The notes: generated by a model not told the origin, from the sequence alone. Positions 10,331 to 21,084 are shown, counted from the first letter of the stretch. The stretch is 64,000 bases of DNA from Methanobacteriota archaeon (GCA_027064425.1 JAMOPO010000015.1:256001-320000), one strand, 5' to 3'. A program made the numbers and translations.

Positions 10331-10472
10331 GACTACTCGAGCGCGGTTACAACGGCCCTGAGGCAGCCCACGCGTCCGCTAGGGGCACCCTCGCGCTGGA
10401 TGACCAGAGGGTGATCGCTCGGCCCCGCGCCGGCCGGCGGAGGTCTCCGGCCGGAAGGAGCGTTCCTGGGTC

Positions 10473-10525
10473 GGTCAGGGCCGCCCAGTTTCGTCACATT
10501 TCGGCAGCCGAGCTGTCATCATCCC
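10473..10525 (-). ncRNA. Box C/D guide sRNA
   Basis: Minus strand reads ATGATGA(C)-CAGCTCGGCTG-CCGA(D')-AAT-GTGACGA(C')-AACTGGGCGGCC-CTGA(D); canonical archaeal spacing. Confidence 0.82.
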
Positions 10526-10540
10526 GGGGGGAGGGCGCTG

Positions 10541-10553
10541 AACGGATTAAAGC
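10541..10553. promoter_or_regulatory. Probable bidirectional TATA core between the two divergent C/D sRNAs
   Basis: Only AT-rich patch (GATTAAAG / CTTTAATC), about 22-25 nt upstream of both predicted 5' ends. Confidence 0.5.
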
Positions 10554-10575
10554 GTGCCTCCCGAAACGCCTCCCG

Positions 10576-10631
10576 GGGATGATGAGTGCCTGGGTCCCCG
10601 AACGGTGAGGATACTGGGGCGGCCCTGACCC
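10576..10631 (+). ncRNA. Box C/D guide sRNA
   Basis: GGG-ATGATGA(C)-GTGCCTGGGTCC-CCGA(D')-ACG-GTGAGGA(C')-TACTGGGGCGGCC-CTGA(D)-CCC with terminal GGG/CCC stem. Confidence 0.85.
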
Positions 10632-11039
10632 GAGGTGAACGCGCCCGCCGCGCGGCCGCGCCATCATCAACCTGAACCCGCGTCGGGGTCCGCGCCGCCG
10701 TTCTTCCCGAGGAGTAGACGTGAGGGAGGGATAGGCCGGCTCGCAGTCGTAGAAGGGGCCCCGACCGGTGGGCTCGGGTCCGATCATTCCGGCTCATTGG
10801 CGTCGGTACCTCGCGGGTCGAAATCACGTTCGCTGGGTCGGAGACCTCCGTTGAGCGGTTCGGGTCCGGCCTTCGGTGTCGGGGCCGGACACCCGCGTCG
10901 GGCTACCGGACCTGGTCGGGGTTGACGTCGCCCTCGGAGGCTCGCTGCCGGGGCTTCTCCGGGAGCGACCGGGGCGTGCGCCGCGCTCCCGGTCCGGGAG
11001 TCTCACGTCTTGCACCGACCGTCGCGTCGGGGAGGCCTC

Positions 11040-11453
11040 CTAGGCCTCCTTTCTCACCGTAATCTCGCAGACGCCCTCCGACTTCCGGCATTCGGTCACC
11101 GTGCCGTCGTAGAGCTCTTCCAGGAGCCCGATCGTGACGCAGACGGCGTCGGTGGTCCCGCCGTCCCCCGCGATCGCCTCCGCGTTGCTCTTGAGCAGGT
11201 CTTCGACGACGCAGAAGGGGCAGTTCCGAATGATCACCCTCACCTCGTCGTCGCCCTTCCTTATCTTCACGTTGTCCCCGAAGAGGAGGTGAAGCTGTTC
11301 CTCTGGGTCCCTGTGCCCTAGTGCTCGGAGCTCCCTGGCCAGCACCCTGGAGAAGTGCCTAATGAAGGCGACTCGGGCCCGTCCCATCACCTCCCAGGAG
11401 GCCTCCTCGAGGGCCGCGACCGCGGCGATTAGCAGCTCTTCCCTCCTGTCCAA
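11040..11453 (-). CDS. V4R/methanogen output-domain-like small protein
   Basis: 137 aa; RNCPFC..AVC..C....C pattern; GGAG SD and AT-rich upstream region. Confidence 0.6.
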   Translation of the reverse strand: MDRREELLIAAVAALEEASWEVMGRARVAFIRHFSRVLARELRALGHRDPEEQLHLLFGDNVKIRKGDDEVRVIIRNCPFCVVEDLLKSNAEAIAGDGGTTDAVCVTIGLLEELYDGTVTECRKSEGVCEITVRKEA

Positions 11454-11707
11454 GGCAGCCCTCCTTGGAGGTGGGACTCGGAACGAAATAGTTTCCGATT
11501 TAGTATTCGACCAGAAAAAATTAGTTAAAACGGATTCGGTTTCTTGAGCGTCGGCGACCGTTTCTCGTTTTTTGCGGCCCGAGATCGCGTCGGCCTCGAT
11601 TCGTCCGGCGGTGGGACGGTGAAGCTTGCGGTCTCACACCTGGACGCCGCCGCGGGGTCCGTGTGCGCTTTAAGCGGTGGGGGTGGGCGGGGGGTGGGGG
11701 TGTTGGG

Positions 11708-14545
11708 TTGTCGGAGTCCCGTGAGGAGCGGCTGCTGAGGGAGTGGGAGGAGGCGGGGCTGTTCGAGGCGGACCCGGACGAGGAGCGCGAGGCCGTGTTC
11801 ATCACGGTGCCCTATCCGTACCCGTCCGGCTCGATGCACGTGGGACACGCGCGCACGTACCTGGTTCCGGACATTTACGCGCGGTTCAAGCGGATGCAGG
11901 GGTACAACGTCCTGTTCCCGATGGCGTTCCACGTGACGGGCACGCCGGTGGTGGGGATCGCGGAGCGGATCAAGGAGGGTGATGAGGACACGATCCGGCT
12001 GTACCGGGACCTTTACGGGGTGCCGGAGGAGGAGCTGGAGCGGTTCACGGAGCCGGAGGCGATCGTGGAGTACTTCGCGCGCGAGTACGAGGAGAACATG
12101 CGGCGGATGGGCTACGCGATCGACTGGCGGCGGAAGTTCACGACGGTGGACCCGGAGTACCAGTCGTTCATTCGGTGGCAGTACCTGAGGCTGCGTGAGG
12201 AGGGGCTGGTGGCGCGGGGCGAGCATCCGGTCCGATACTGTCCGAACTGCGAGAACCCGGTGGGTGACCACGACCTGCTGGAGGGTGAGGACGCGACGAT
12301 TGAGGAGCTGACGCTCGTGAAGTTCCCGGTCGTGGGCGACGACCTGGTCCTCGTGGCGGCGACGTTCCGGCCGGAGACGCTGTACGGCGTGACGAACGTG
12401 TGGGTGAGGCCGGACGAGGAGTACCTGGTCGTGAAGGTGGACGGGGAGCGGTGGGTGGTCTCGAAGGAGGCCTACCGGAACCTGCGGCACCAGCGGGACG
12501 GGATCGAGAAGGTGGACACGATCCCGGGCGAGGAGCTGGTCGGTGAGCGGGTGAGGAACCCGGTCACGGGCGAGGAGGTCCCGGTCCTGCCGGCGGAGTT
12601 CGTGGACCCGAAGTTCGGGACGGGGATCGTGTACTCGGTCCCGGCTCACGCGCCGGCGGACGCGGCCGCGCTGGAGGATCTGAGGGAGGATCCGTCGGTG
12701 CTGGAGGAGTACGGGGTGGACCCGTCGGTCGTCGAGGAGCTCGAGCCGGTGCAGGTGATCGAGGTGGAGGGGTACGGGAAGTTCCCGGCCTACGACGCGC
12801 TGGAGGAGCACGGGATCGAGTCGCAGACGGACCCGGAGCTGGAGAAGGCGACGCAGGAGGTGTACCGGGCGGAGCTGCACAAGGGCGTGATGGTGGTCGA
12901 CGAGTTCGAGGGCACGCCGGTGCGGGAGGCGCGGGAGGAGATCAAGCCGCGGCTGCTGGACTCGGGCGACGGCGACGTGATGTACGACTTCTCGGAGAAG
13001 CCGGTGATCTGCCGGTGTGGCACGGAGTGCGTGGTCAAGATCCTGAAGGACCAGTGGTTCCTGCGGTACTCGGACCGGGCGTGGAAGGAGCGGGCGCGGG
13101 AGCTGCTGGAGCGGATGGACATCGTGCCGGAGGAGGTGCGGCCGAACTTCGAGGACACGATCGAGTGGTTGGACGACTGGGCGTGCGCGCGTCGGGTGGG
13201 CCTCGGCACGCCGCTGCCTTGGGACGAGGAGTGGATCGTGGAGCCGCTGAGCGACTCGACGATCTACATGGCGTTCTACACGATCGCGCACCGGCTGAAG
13301 GGTAAGGGCGAGCTCCCGCCCGAGGTCTTCGACTACGTGTTCCTGGGCGAGGGTGACCCGGAGGAGATCGCGGAGAAGGCGGGGCTGGACGTCGAGGAGC
13401 TGGAGGGGATGCGGCGGGAGTTCGAGTACTGGTACCCGGTGGACTGGCGGCTGTCGGCGAAGGACCTGGTCACGAATCACCTGACGTTCTTCATCTTCCA
13501 CCACGCGGCGCTGTTCCCGGAGGACAAGTGGCCGAAGGGCATCGTCGTGTTCGGCATGGGGCTGCTCGAGGGCGAGAAGATGAGCTCGTCGAAGGGTAAC
13601 GTGGTGCTGCTCTCGGAGGCGCTGGACGAGTACGGGCCGGACGTGGTGCGGCTGTTCCTCGCGACGTCGGCCGAGCCGTGGCAGGACTTCGACTGGCGGG
13701 ACGAGTACGTCCAGGGCGTGAAGCGGCGGCTGGAGCGGTTCGAGACGCTGGTGAAGGATCACGCGGGAGAGTCAGTCGAGGAGAAGGACGCCGTCGACCG
13801 GTGGTTCCTGAGCGAGTTCGGCCGGGTGATCGAGAAGGCGACGGAGGCGCTGGAGCGGTTCCAGGTGCGGCGGGCGTACAACGAGGCCTTCTATGGCGTC
13901 CTGAAGCTGGTCCGAGACTACGAGCGGATGAAGGGTCACGCGCGGATCGTGGGCGAGATCGTGGAGGACTGGCTCAAGCTGCTGCACCCGGTGATCCCGT
14001 TCACGACGGATTACCTGTGGCGGGAGGTGCTCGGCAACGACTCGTTCCTGCTGGAGGAGGAGTGGCCGGATCCGGAGAAGTACCCGCGGGAGCCGGAGCT
14101 GAGCGTGGCGCGGGAGGTGCTGGACGAGCTCGTGGAGGACGTGAAGGACGTGGAGCGTGTGATCGACGCCGAGCCGGGGTACACGCTGCACGTGTACCTG
14201 GCGCCGAAGTGGCAGTGGGAGGCGCTGAAGCTGGTTCAAGAGGGCAAGGAGTTCGGCGACATCATGTCGGAACTGATGAAGGACGAGGAGCTGAGGAGGA
14301 AGGGGGACGAGGTCGCGAAGGTCGTGCAGGACCTGGTGAAGTCGGACCTGCCGGAGGATGTGGACGTGGAGCGGCTGCGTGAGGTGCTGAGGGAGTTCCT
14401 GGAGGCGGGTGCGAGGCTGCTCGAGCGGTCCACGGGCGCGGCAAAGGTTGTGGTGCACGAGGACGCGGAGGAGGCGCCGGGGCCGGAGGACCGGCGCGCG
14501 GCGGCGAGGCCGCTGAAGCCAGGGATCTGGCTGGAGGAGGGCTAG
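11708..14545 (+). CDS. leuS: Leucyl-tRNA synthetase
   Basis: [11 protein letters not shown] (HIGH) and KMSSS (KMSKS) motifs, CP1 editing region; TTG start chosen. Confidence 0.95.
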   Translation: MSESREERLLREWEEAGLFEADPDEEREAVFITVPYPYPSGSMHVGHARTYLVPDIYARFKRMQGYNVLFPMAFHVTGTPVVGIAERIKEGDEDTIRLYRDLYGVPEEELERFTEPEAIVEYFAREYEENMRRMGYAIDWRRKFTTVDPEYQSFIRWQYLRLREEGLVARGEHPVRYCPNCENPVGDHDLLEGEDATIEELTLVKFPVVGDDLVLVAATFRPETLYGVTNVWVRPDEEYLVVKVDGERWVVSKEAYRNLRHQRDGIEKVDTIPGEELVGERVRNPVTGEEVPVLPAEFVDPKFGTGIVYSVPAHAPADAAALEDLREDPSVLEEYGVDPSVVEELEPVQVIEVEGYGKFPAYDALEEHGIESQTDPELEKATQEVYRAELHKGVMVVDEFEGTPVREAREEIKPRLLDSGDGDVMYDFSEKPVICRCGTECVVKILKDQWFLRYSDRAWKERARELLERMDIVPEEVRPNFEDTIEWLDDWACARRVGLGTPLPWDEEWIVEPLSDSTIYMAFYTIAHRLKGKGELPPEVFDYVFLGEGDPEEIAEKAGLDVEELEGMRREFEYWYPVDWRLSAKDLVTNHLTFFIFHHAALFPEDKWPKGIVVFGMGLLEGEKMSSSKGNVVLLSEALDEYGPDVVRLFLATSAEPWQDFDWRDEYVQGVKRRLERFETLVKDHAGESVEEKDAVDRWFLSEFGRVIEKATEALERFQVRRAYNEAFYGVLKLVRDYERMKGHARIVGEIVEDWLKLLHPVIPFTTDYLWREVLGNDSFLLEEEWPDPEKYPREPELSVAREVLDELVEDVKDVERVIDAEPGYTLHVYLAPKWQWEALKLVQEGKEFGDIMSELMKDEELRRKGDEVAKVVQDLVKSDLPEDVDVERLREVLREFLEAGARLLERSTGAAKVVVHEDAEEAPGPEDRRAAARPLKPGIWLEEG

Positions 14546-15531
14546 GATCCCTTCTTCCGGTACAGCTCCACCCACGCCCTCATCCTCACCGTCTTCCAGC
14601 CGCGCTCCCCGACCAGCTTCGTCACCGCCTCCTGCACCGCGCGGCCCGGCAGCGGCGTGAAGTTCTCTACCGGCTCCCCATCCTGCAGCTCCTCCTCCGA
14701 GATCTCGCCGATCCACGGTTTCATGTTCGAGTACGAGTACTCCATCACCTCCTCGTCCAGCGTGGCGAGCAGGCCGCTGATGCCGCCCTCCTCCACCAGC
14801 GCGGCCAGCGTGTTCAGGACCGTCATCGCCTGCCGGTCGATCATCTCCTGCGGCGCGCCCAGCTCCTTGACCGCGGTGAACTCCTTCAGGGCCTCCACGA
14901 CCCGACGCACCAGCACGACCGACAGGTCGCCCAGGATGTGCACCAGCTCGACCGTGGGCAGCTCGTACACCTTCTTCCCGGTCGACTCCAGCACCGTCTT
15001 CAGCGTCTCGTAGCCCTCTTTCGTGGCCAGCTCGGTCCCGTTGCCCGTCTTGTACGCCGTCAGGTACGCCCTGTGCCCGTCCGTGCCCGGGATACCGGCG
15101 GGGTGCGCGGGCACCACCGAGACGTCGTCCGGGACGCTCAGTCCGGCCTCGAACAGGGCCTCGTGCACCTCGAAGGCGGACGAGGTGCACGTCGGGGCCA
15201 GGACGGCGCCGTCCGAGAGGGCGGGGGCGATCTCCATCACGATCCCGCGGGTGGCGTTGAACGGTGTGAACAACACCACCACGTCCGCGTTCGAGACCGC
15301 TTGGGCGTCGTCGTCCGTCAGCTCGACGCCCGCGTCCACGACCCGGTCGACGTGCTCCGGGTCCTGCTCGTCCAGGTTCGGGTCGGACAGCACCACGTCG
15401 TGTCCCGCCTCCGCGAACTCGATCGCCATGGCGGCTCCGCCGAAGGGAGGCTCACCACCCAACTTCTCCTGCGCTCCGATCCGCTCGTACAGCTCCTGGT
15501 CGCCGAACCCCAGCACGGCCACCGTCGCCAA
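14542..15531 (-). CDS. H2-dependent methylene-H4MPT dehydrogenase-related protein (Hmd II/III paralog)
   Basis: [37 protein letters not shown] and HPAGIPG motifs of the hmd-related family. Confidence 0.85.
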   Translation of the reverse strand: MATVAVLGFGDQELYERIGAQEKLGGEPPFGGAAMAIEFAEAGHDVVLSDPNLDEQDPEHVDRVVDAGVELTDDDAQAVSNADVVVLFTPFNATRGIVMEIAPALSDGAVLAPTCTSSAFEVHEALFEAGLSVPDDVSVVPAHPAGIPGTDGHRAYLTAYKTGNGTELATKEGYETLKTVLESTGKKVYELPTVELVHILGDLSVVLVRRVVEALKEFTAVKELGAPQEMIDRQAMTVLNTLAALVEEGGISGLLATLDEEVMEYSYSNMKPWIGEISEEELQDGEPVENFTPLPGRAVQEAVTKLVGERGWKTVRMRAWVELYRKKGS

Positions 15532-15675
15532 GCCCGTGGCCCCCGGCGGTCCCGGCCTGATGTCCGGAAACGCGCGAGTGCTAAGATCTCTTAAGTGTGC
15601 GCATTCGCCCGTAGTCTAACGGCAATCGACTTCCGGCACCCGATGGCCGGTACTCTAGACGTACCGCCGGTACCG

Positions 15676-17151
15676 TCAGCGCCGCCCGCCGCGCGAGAGC
15701 GGCTCCGACACGAGCTCTGACAGCGGGTCCCCGTGGACGAACTCACCGGCGGCCCGCCGGAGCTCCGGGTCGGAGGTTAGCGCCTCGGCGAGCTCCGCAC
15801 CCGTCAGGATACGGACCTTGCCGGCGGAAGCCCGGGCGAGGTCCTTCCCGAACCCGTGGGAGATTAGCGTGTGCTCGTCCGCCCCCTCGAGCCGCCCGAG
15901 CAGGTCCTCCGGTCGGACGAACTTCCGCTCCGCGGCGGTGGCCAGTGAGCCGTCCTCCTCGACCCAGAACCGATCGTGGGCCCGGAAGAACCCGACGACG
16001 CGGTCCTCCCGGACCCAGGCGGGTGGCCCCTCCCGCCACTCCAGCTCCGGGAGTCGCTTGTGCTCGAACTCGAGCAGGATGTAACCTCTCTCCTCCTTAG
16101 AGTCCCGGGCGACGAACCAGCGTCGGACCTCGAAGCCCTCGTTCTCGAGGACGTTGCGCAGGCTCCGCGCGGTCTTCTCGAGCTGCGGCCAGTAGATGTC
16201 CTCCACCTCGTCCGGCAGCGTGACCTCGATGCCGACCACGTAGGCTGGATACTCGCGGAGCCAGCGCTCGAGCTCCTCGCGGTCGACCTCGGGTGGCTCT
16301 ACGCCGTCAAAGTACCGCATCGAGGGCTCCTGAAGGAACGCCTTGGCGGCGAGGATGAACCTCGTCAGCTGGCGCTTGGAGAGGGCGGCCGCCACGTTCC
16401 GCTCCGGGTCAACGGGATCTAGGACGATCAGTGCGGGGTCCTGGTCCTCGAACTGCTCGCGCACCTCGTCGTAGTCGGAGTACTCCTCGCCGACGAAGCC
16501 GGCGGGGTCGATCACGTACCCGGGCCGCCACTCCCGGGCGGCGGCCCTGAGGACGTCCTCGAAGGAGCCGTAGTGAATGACGAGCAGCTCGCAGAGGTAG
16601 CCGGAGAACCCTTTGACCCGGACCTCCGCGCCGTAAGCGCCGATGCCGCGCGTGAAGGCTTTGAGGAGGCGGGCCTCGGCGGGCTCCTCGAGGTGCTCCT
16701 TCACGTAACGGTTATGGTGCGGGGTGCGGTCGACGGGCGTGATGACCTCACCCGGCTCGGTGTCGTAGCAGGGGACGATGTCCACCTCGAACTCCCGGCC
16801 GCCGTGCTCGACGTCACCGCTGATGTAGGGGTGGTGAGCGTACTCGCGCCGCGGCTCGCCACCGAGCTCTCGGATCACCTCCTCACCGATCCGCAAGGTG
16901 GTCTCCACGATGTCGTCCAGGTCGAGGTCCTTCGGGAACACGCAGAAGACGTCGACGTCGGAGGCGCCGGGGAGCCAGGTGTCCCGGGCGACGGAGCCGA
17001 TGAGCTCGGCGCGGGCGTCCGGACACTCCTCCTCGAGCCGCTCCGCGACGAGGTCTCGGACCCGTTCGGCGAACCCCTCGACCAGCTCGCGCTCGTCCTC
17101 GTCGGGGGTGTAGCGCTCGCGGGCCTCGCGGAGCACGTCCTCGAGCGTCAA
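15676..17151 (-). CDS. cca: CCA tRNA nucleotidyltransferase (class I)
   Basis: GSVARDTWL..DVD, VDRTPHH, GFSGYLCEL, DPVDPERNVAAA. Confidence 0.95.
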   Translation of the reverse strand: MTLEDVLREARERYTPDEDERELVEGFAERVRDLVAERLEEECPDARAELIGSVARDTWLPGASDVDVFCVFPKDLDLDDIVETTLRIGEEVIRELGGEPRREYAHHPYISGDVEHGGREFEVDIVPCYDTEPGEVITPVDRTPHHNRYVKEHLEEPAEARLLKAFTRGIGAYGAEVRVKGFSGYLCELLVIHYGSFEDVLRAAAREWRPGYVIDPAGFVGEEYSDYDEVREQFEDQDPALIVLDPVDPERNVAAALSKRQLTRFILAAKAFLQEPSMRYFDGVEPPEVDREELERWLREYPAYVVGIEVTLPDEVEDIYWPQLEKTARSLRNVLENEGFEVRRWFVARDSKEERGYILLEFEHKRLPELEWREGPPAWVREDRVVGFFRAHDRFWVEEDGSLATAAERKFVRPEDLLGRLEGADEHTLISHGFGKDLARASAGKVRILTGAELAEALTSDPELRRAAGEFVHGDPLSELVSEPLSRGGRR

Positions 17152-17714
17152 AGCTCCACCTCCTCGACGGTGTGGTACTCCGGACCCTCGGGCCGGAGGA
17201 TGCTCTTCTTGAGGCGGATGGAGGTGACCTCAACGTCGCCCACCTCGACGCTGGAGAGCTCCCGGATCACCTCGACCAGCTGCGCCTTGTTGCGGCCGCT
17301 GCGGACGCGGGCGACGGTTACGTGCGGCACGAACTCACGGTTCTCGCGGCGGAACCCGCGCCGGCCGAGCTCATCCTCGAGCACGGCGGCCATGGTCTTG
17401 GTCTCGTCGGCGCCCTCGTCGACGCCCACCCACACGACGCGGATGTGGCGGATGTCGGGGAAGACCCCGAGGCCCTTAAGCCGCATGGTGAAGGGTTCCA
17501 CGGCGTCCGCGGCCTTCTCCATGGCCTCGACAACCTCGGGCACTCGGGACTCGGGGATGTTGCCCAAGAACTTGAGAGTCAGGTGCACGTTCTCAGGCTC
17601 GACGAGCTTGAGGTCGGCCCCGGAGGCCTTGAGCCGGTCCTGGATCTCAAGGATTCGATCGATCACGTCCTCATCTTCGATGTCGATTGAGATGAACGCG
17701 CGGAACTCCGACAC
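17148..17714 (-). CDS. thpR: RNA 2',3'-cyclic phosphodiesterase (2H family, '2'-5' RNA ligase')
   Basis: Two HxT motifs (HLTLKFLG, PHVTVAR); adjacent to cca. Confidence 0.92.
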   Translation of the reverse strand: MSEFRAFISIDIEDEDVIDRILEIQDRLKASGADLKLVEPENVHLTLKFLGNIPESRVPEVVEAMEKAADAVEPFTMRLKGLGVFPDIRHIRVVWVGVDEGADETKTMAAVLEDELGRRGFRRENREFVPHVTVARVRSGRNKAQLVEVIRELSSVEVGDVEVTSIRLKKSILRPEGPEYHTVEEVEL

Positions 17715-17729
17715 GGGGGCCTTCCCCCG

Positions 17730-18854
17730 ATGAAACGTTATTACCGCCGCGACCCGGACGAGCTGGGGGAAGAGGGGTCAGGGGGGCTCGGCGTCCCGGG
17801 ACCTCAGAACCCAGTGCCGGACGCGAAGCTCGTGGAGTTAAAACCGTTGGGCTACCCCATCCGGGAGCCCGGCATGGGTAAGGAGGTCATCGTCGACTCA
17901 TACGAGGCGTTCAACGCGTACGCCCGGGAGCAGTGGCTGGGGGAGGTCGTGAAGGAGGGGATGATTCTCTTCGACACGGGCGTCGTGCACAGCTACGCGT
18001 TCAAGGTCGTGCGGGTCGTTCCCTCCGGCGTGGGCCGGATCACGGCCAACACCAAGTTCGTGCTCCGGATGCGGTTCGACGAGGACCGGATGGAGGTGCC
18101 CAAGATCACCCTGGACGATATCGTGGGCCACGAGGAGATCAAGCGCGCCTGCCGGCTGCTGGTTCAGTACCTGAAGAACCCGGAGGAGCTAGAGGAGTGG
18201 GCTCCCAAGACGGTGCTCTTCTACGGGCCAACGGGCACGGGCAAGACCCGGACGGCGAAGGCCGTCGCGGGCGAGGCTAAGGTCCCGCTCCTACGGCTTA
18301 ACGCGGCCGAGCTGCTGGGCAAGTACGTGGGCGAGGCCAGCGAGCGCATCAAGCGGGCGTTCAAGCGGGCGCGGGAGACCGCCCCGTGCGTCCTCTTCGT
18401 GGACGAGATCGACGCGCTGGGCCTGGACCGGCGTTACCAGGAGCTCCGGGGCGACGTGGTGGAGAGCGTCAACTCGCTCCTGACGAACCTGGACCGGCTG
18501 AAGGAAAAGGCGGAGGGCGTCCTGTTCATCGCGGCCACGAACCACCCGGACCTGCTCGACCCGGCCCTGAAGAACCGGTTCGAGTACGAGCTGGAGTTCC
18601 AGCCACCGGACCGGAAGGAGCGCGAGGAGCTGGTCCGGTACTACGCGAAGAAGCTGCCGCTGCCCCTTAAGGTGGACCCGGCCTACATCGCGGCCAAGAC
18701 CGCGGGCATGTCGCACCGGGAGATCAAGGAGCGAGTGCTCAAGCGGGCGCTGCTCGAGGCGATGAGGGAGGGCGCCGACGCGATCGAGAAGGAGCACGTG
18801 CGGCGCGTGCTGAGGGAGGAGAAGAGAGGGAAGCGGCAGGTGTACCACGGCTAG
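17730..18854 (+). CDS. Archaeal AAA+ ATPase
   Basis: Walker A GPTGTGKT, Walker B FVDEID, ATN sensor, WAPK motif. Confidence 0.9.
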   Translation: MKRYYRRDPDELGEEGSGGLGVPGPQNPVPDAKLVELKPLGYPIREPGMGKEVIVDSYEAFNAYAREQWLGEVVKEGMILFDTGVVHSYAFKVVRVVPSGVGRITANTKFVLRMRFDEDRMEVPKITLDDIVGHEEIKRACRLLVQYLKNPEELEEWAPKTVLFYGPTGTGKTRTAKAVAGEAKVPLLRLNAAELLGKYVGEASERIKRAFKRARETAPCVLFVDEIDALGLDRRYQELRGDVVESVNSLLTNLDRLKEKAEGVLFIAATNHPDLLDPALKNRFEYELEFQPPDRKEREELVRYYAKKLPLPLKVDPAYIAAKTAGMSHREIKERVLKRALLEAMREGADAIEKEHVRRVLREEKRGKRQVYHG

Positions 18855-18877
18855 CCCGCCGCGTGCGCGGGCCCATC

Positions 18878-18914
18878 CCCCGCCGGGTCCCCAGGGCGGG
18901 GTTCCCCGGCGGGG
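18878..18914 (-). promoter_or_regulatory. Archaeal SECIS element in the selD 3' UTR
   Basis: Minus strand directly after the stop reads CCCCGCCGGG-GAA-CCCC-GCCCT-GGGG-A-CCCGGCGGGG: GC stem with the GAA/A internal loop typical of methanogen SECIS. Confidence 0.88.
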
Positions 18915-19925
18915 TCATCGGGGGTAGTCCTCCACCTCCTCAAGCTCACCGTCCACCGTCACACCCTCGCCGCGCTCGATCCTGCCCACCCGCCGGTACC
19001 ACACGCCCCGCTCCTCGAACGCCTCCTCCAGCTCCCCGGCCCGCTCCTCCGGCACCGCCACCAGCAGCCCGCCGGCGGTCTCCGCCGACTCGCCTCGATC
19101 AAGACCGTACCCCAGCGCGCTCGAAACCTCCTGCATGCCGGGGATCACCGGCAGTCGCTCGATGACCACCCGCACGCCGCTCCGCTCGGCGATCTCCTTC
19201 GCGTGTCCCCTGAGCCCGAACCCGGTAACGTCCGTCATCGCCGTCGCCCCGGCCTCCAGCGCCGCCTCCGCTGCGTCCAACAGCGGCTCCGTCATGATCT
19301 CCACCGCGATCTCCTCCACCCGCTCGACGTCCAGGTGCCCAAACATCGACTCCCGCGCGTCCTCCGGCATCCGCAGCAGCGCCATCGCCGGCTGCGTGCC
19401 CAGCGGCTTGGTCAGGTACAGCACGTCGCCCGGCCGTGCGCCCTCCGTCGTCACGTACCGCTCCGCGAACCCCGTTACGCTGCCCCCGAGGATCGGCCAC
19501 GGGTTCACGATCGTGTGCCCACCGACCACCGGCGCATCCACCTCGCGGCACTGGTCGGCGAATCCCTGAAGCATCCTCCGCGCGTCCTCCTCCGGCAGCT
19601 CCTTCGGGAACCCTGAGATCACCAGGACCGAGAGGACCTCGGTGGCGCCCATCGCGAAGACGTCGTTCAGCGAGTTATTGGCTGCGATGCGCCCCTGGAC
19701 GTACGGATCCGGGTGGATTGGCGTGAAGAAGTCCAGCGACTGGACGATGTAGCCACCGTTCACCCGGACGACCGCCGCGTCGTCACCGACGCCCACCTCG
19801 ACCCGCTCGCCCTCTTCCGGCAGGTCCACGCCCTCCAAGAGCTCCTCCAGATCTCCCTGAGGCAGCTTACAGGCTCACCCGTGCAGCTCGACCATCTCCA
19901 CCAGGTTCTTCCTCTTCCCGCTCAC
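18915..19925 (-). CDS. selD: Selenide,water dikinase (selenoprotein; in-frame UGA = Sec at codon 17)
   Basis: The ORF track starts at 19838, but the frame extends through TGA (19875-19877) to give [23 protein letters not shown]; also [16 protein letters not shown] and ETAGGLL motifs. Confidence 0.95.
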
Positions 19926-20047
19926 GGTTCGGTGCCCCTCGACGTGAGCCTCCGGCCCCACGGAAGTCGGTTGCTCCAAGTCACCTCCATGCTCACCGAG
20001 GATCTCAATGGAAAGACATTACGTTCCGGTAAGTAATCTCCGAATTC

Positions 20048-20060
20048 GGAAAGTTTATTT
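20048..20060 (+). promoter_or_regulatory. BRE/TATA-like promoter upstream of the small pilin-like gene
   Basis: GGAAAGTTTATTT in a GC-rich background. Confidence 0.5.
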
Positions 20061-20130
20061 GCCCTGAGTGTGGGTGCGGCACCCAATTCCTCGTGATCGG
20101 AACCGGGGGGTGGTTCTCACGGTGCCCGGG

Positions 20131-20349
20131 ATGGGGGAGCGGGGAGGGATGATGCTGGACATCCTCCTGATGTCCGCGGCCATGGTTCTCATGACGGCGC
20201 TGACCGTCACGCTGATGCTCAAGGCGGCGAGCCACGCCGGCCACGCAGCCACCACCATGGCCGGTTCCGCGGCGTCCATCGCCTCGGAGCGCGCCGTCGG
20301 AATGTGGGAGTCGCTCGCCCAGGAGTTTCCACCCGGTCCGGGTCAGTGA
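20131..20349 (+). CDS. Small class III signal peptide (type IV pilin-like) protein
   Basis: MGERG|GMMLDILLMSAAMVLMTALTVTL..: basic-Gly leader, acidic residue at +5, hydrophobic helix; 72 aa. Confidence 0.55.
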   Translation: MGERGGMMLDILLMSAAMVLMTALTVTLMLKAASHAGHAATTMAGSAASIASERAVGMWESLAQEFPPGPGQ

Positions 20350-20976
20350 TCACAGATCCTCCAAGTCCTCCTCGTACACGTGCGCGTTCGAGGCGTACAC
20401 CGTGAGGGTGGTGGGTTCCAACCCCACTCGCTCCGCCACGCGCTCCTGCAACCTCCTCAGCGCTATCACGTTCGCGACCAGCGCCTTCCCGACGTCCCAG
20501 GATCGGTAGAAGGCGTGGATCTCCAGCCCGTTATCGCCGTCCGACTGCAGCTGCAAGGACACGAGGCACGGCACCTCCTCCTCTTCCAGGTCCCGGCCCG
20601 GGTCCCAGGTGACGGCCACCGCGCGCCGAGTCTCCGGGGCCTCCTTTAGCCGCTCCGCGAGTCCCTCGACCTGATCCACCCCGAAGTGCCTTCGCAGCCG
20701 GTTCCCGTAGGTGTACTCGAACCCGCGCAGCTCCGGGTCCAGCAGCTGATCCTCGTACTCTCGGATGGCCCCCTCGTCCAGCGGGTAATCTTCCGGCACC
20801 TCGAACGCGCCCTCGCCCTCCGGCTCGAGGTGCGCTACCAGCCCCCGGACCTCGCGCACGGGACCGCGTTCCCGCTCGGCCCGCTCGCCCTTTACCTTCA
20901 CCTCCGTGACCGCGCGCCGCCAGACCTGCTCCACCGTCCTGCCTCGCACCACCACGGGGCGCTTGGGCCCGAGCAA
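20350..20976 (-). CDS. thyA: Thymidylate synthase (archaeal ThyA type)
   Basis: GFEYTYGNRLR, RRAVAVTW, VPCL, RSWD, AHVY. Confidence 0.9.
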   Translation of the reverse strand: MLGPKRPVVVRGRTVEQVWRRAVTEVKVKGERAERERGPVREVRGLVAHLEPEGEGAFEVPEDYPLDEGAIREYEDQLLDPELRGFEYTYGNRLRRHFGVDQVEGLAERLKEAPETRRAVAVTWDPGRDLEEEEVPCLVSLQLQSDGDNGLEIHAFYRSWDVGKALVANVIALRRLQERVAERVGLEPTTLTVYASNAHVYEEDLEDL

Positions 20977-21084
20977 TCACCTCCCCCCGACCGGCGCCCG
21001 GCCGCGGGTGAGGGCTCCGATGTACCTCCCGATTGTTACGGGCTTCAAAACGATTCGCGGGAAGAAGGGCGGGGGCGCGTGAGC

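Noticed and set aside
9775-10608. 277-aa ORF as an intact gene
   Set aside because: Only the middle is coding-like (part of the pseudogene); the tail runs through the two C/D sRNAs.
10640-11035. Unassigned GC-rich gap with short ORFs and hairpins
   Set aside because: No convincing ORF, RNA box motifs or repeats; may be a decayed gene.
11525-13762. 745-aa antisense ORF (similar long shadows at 5417-7549, 42046-43827, 49888-52398, 53605-55542, 57445-59334)
   Set aside because: Antisense or off-frame shadows of real genes, produced by high GC3; no recognisable motifs.
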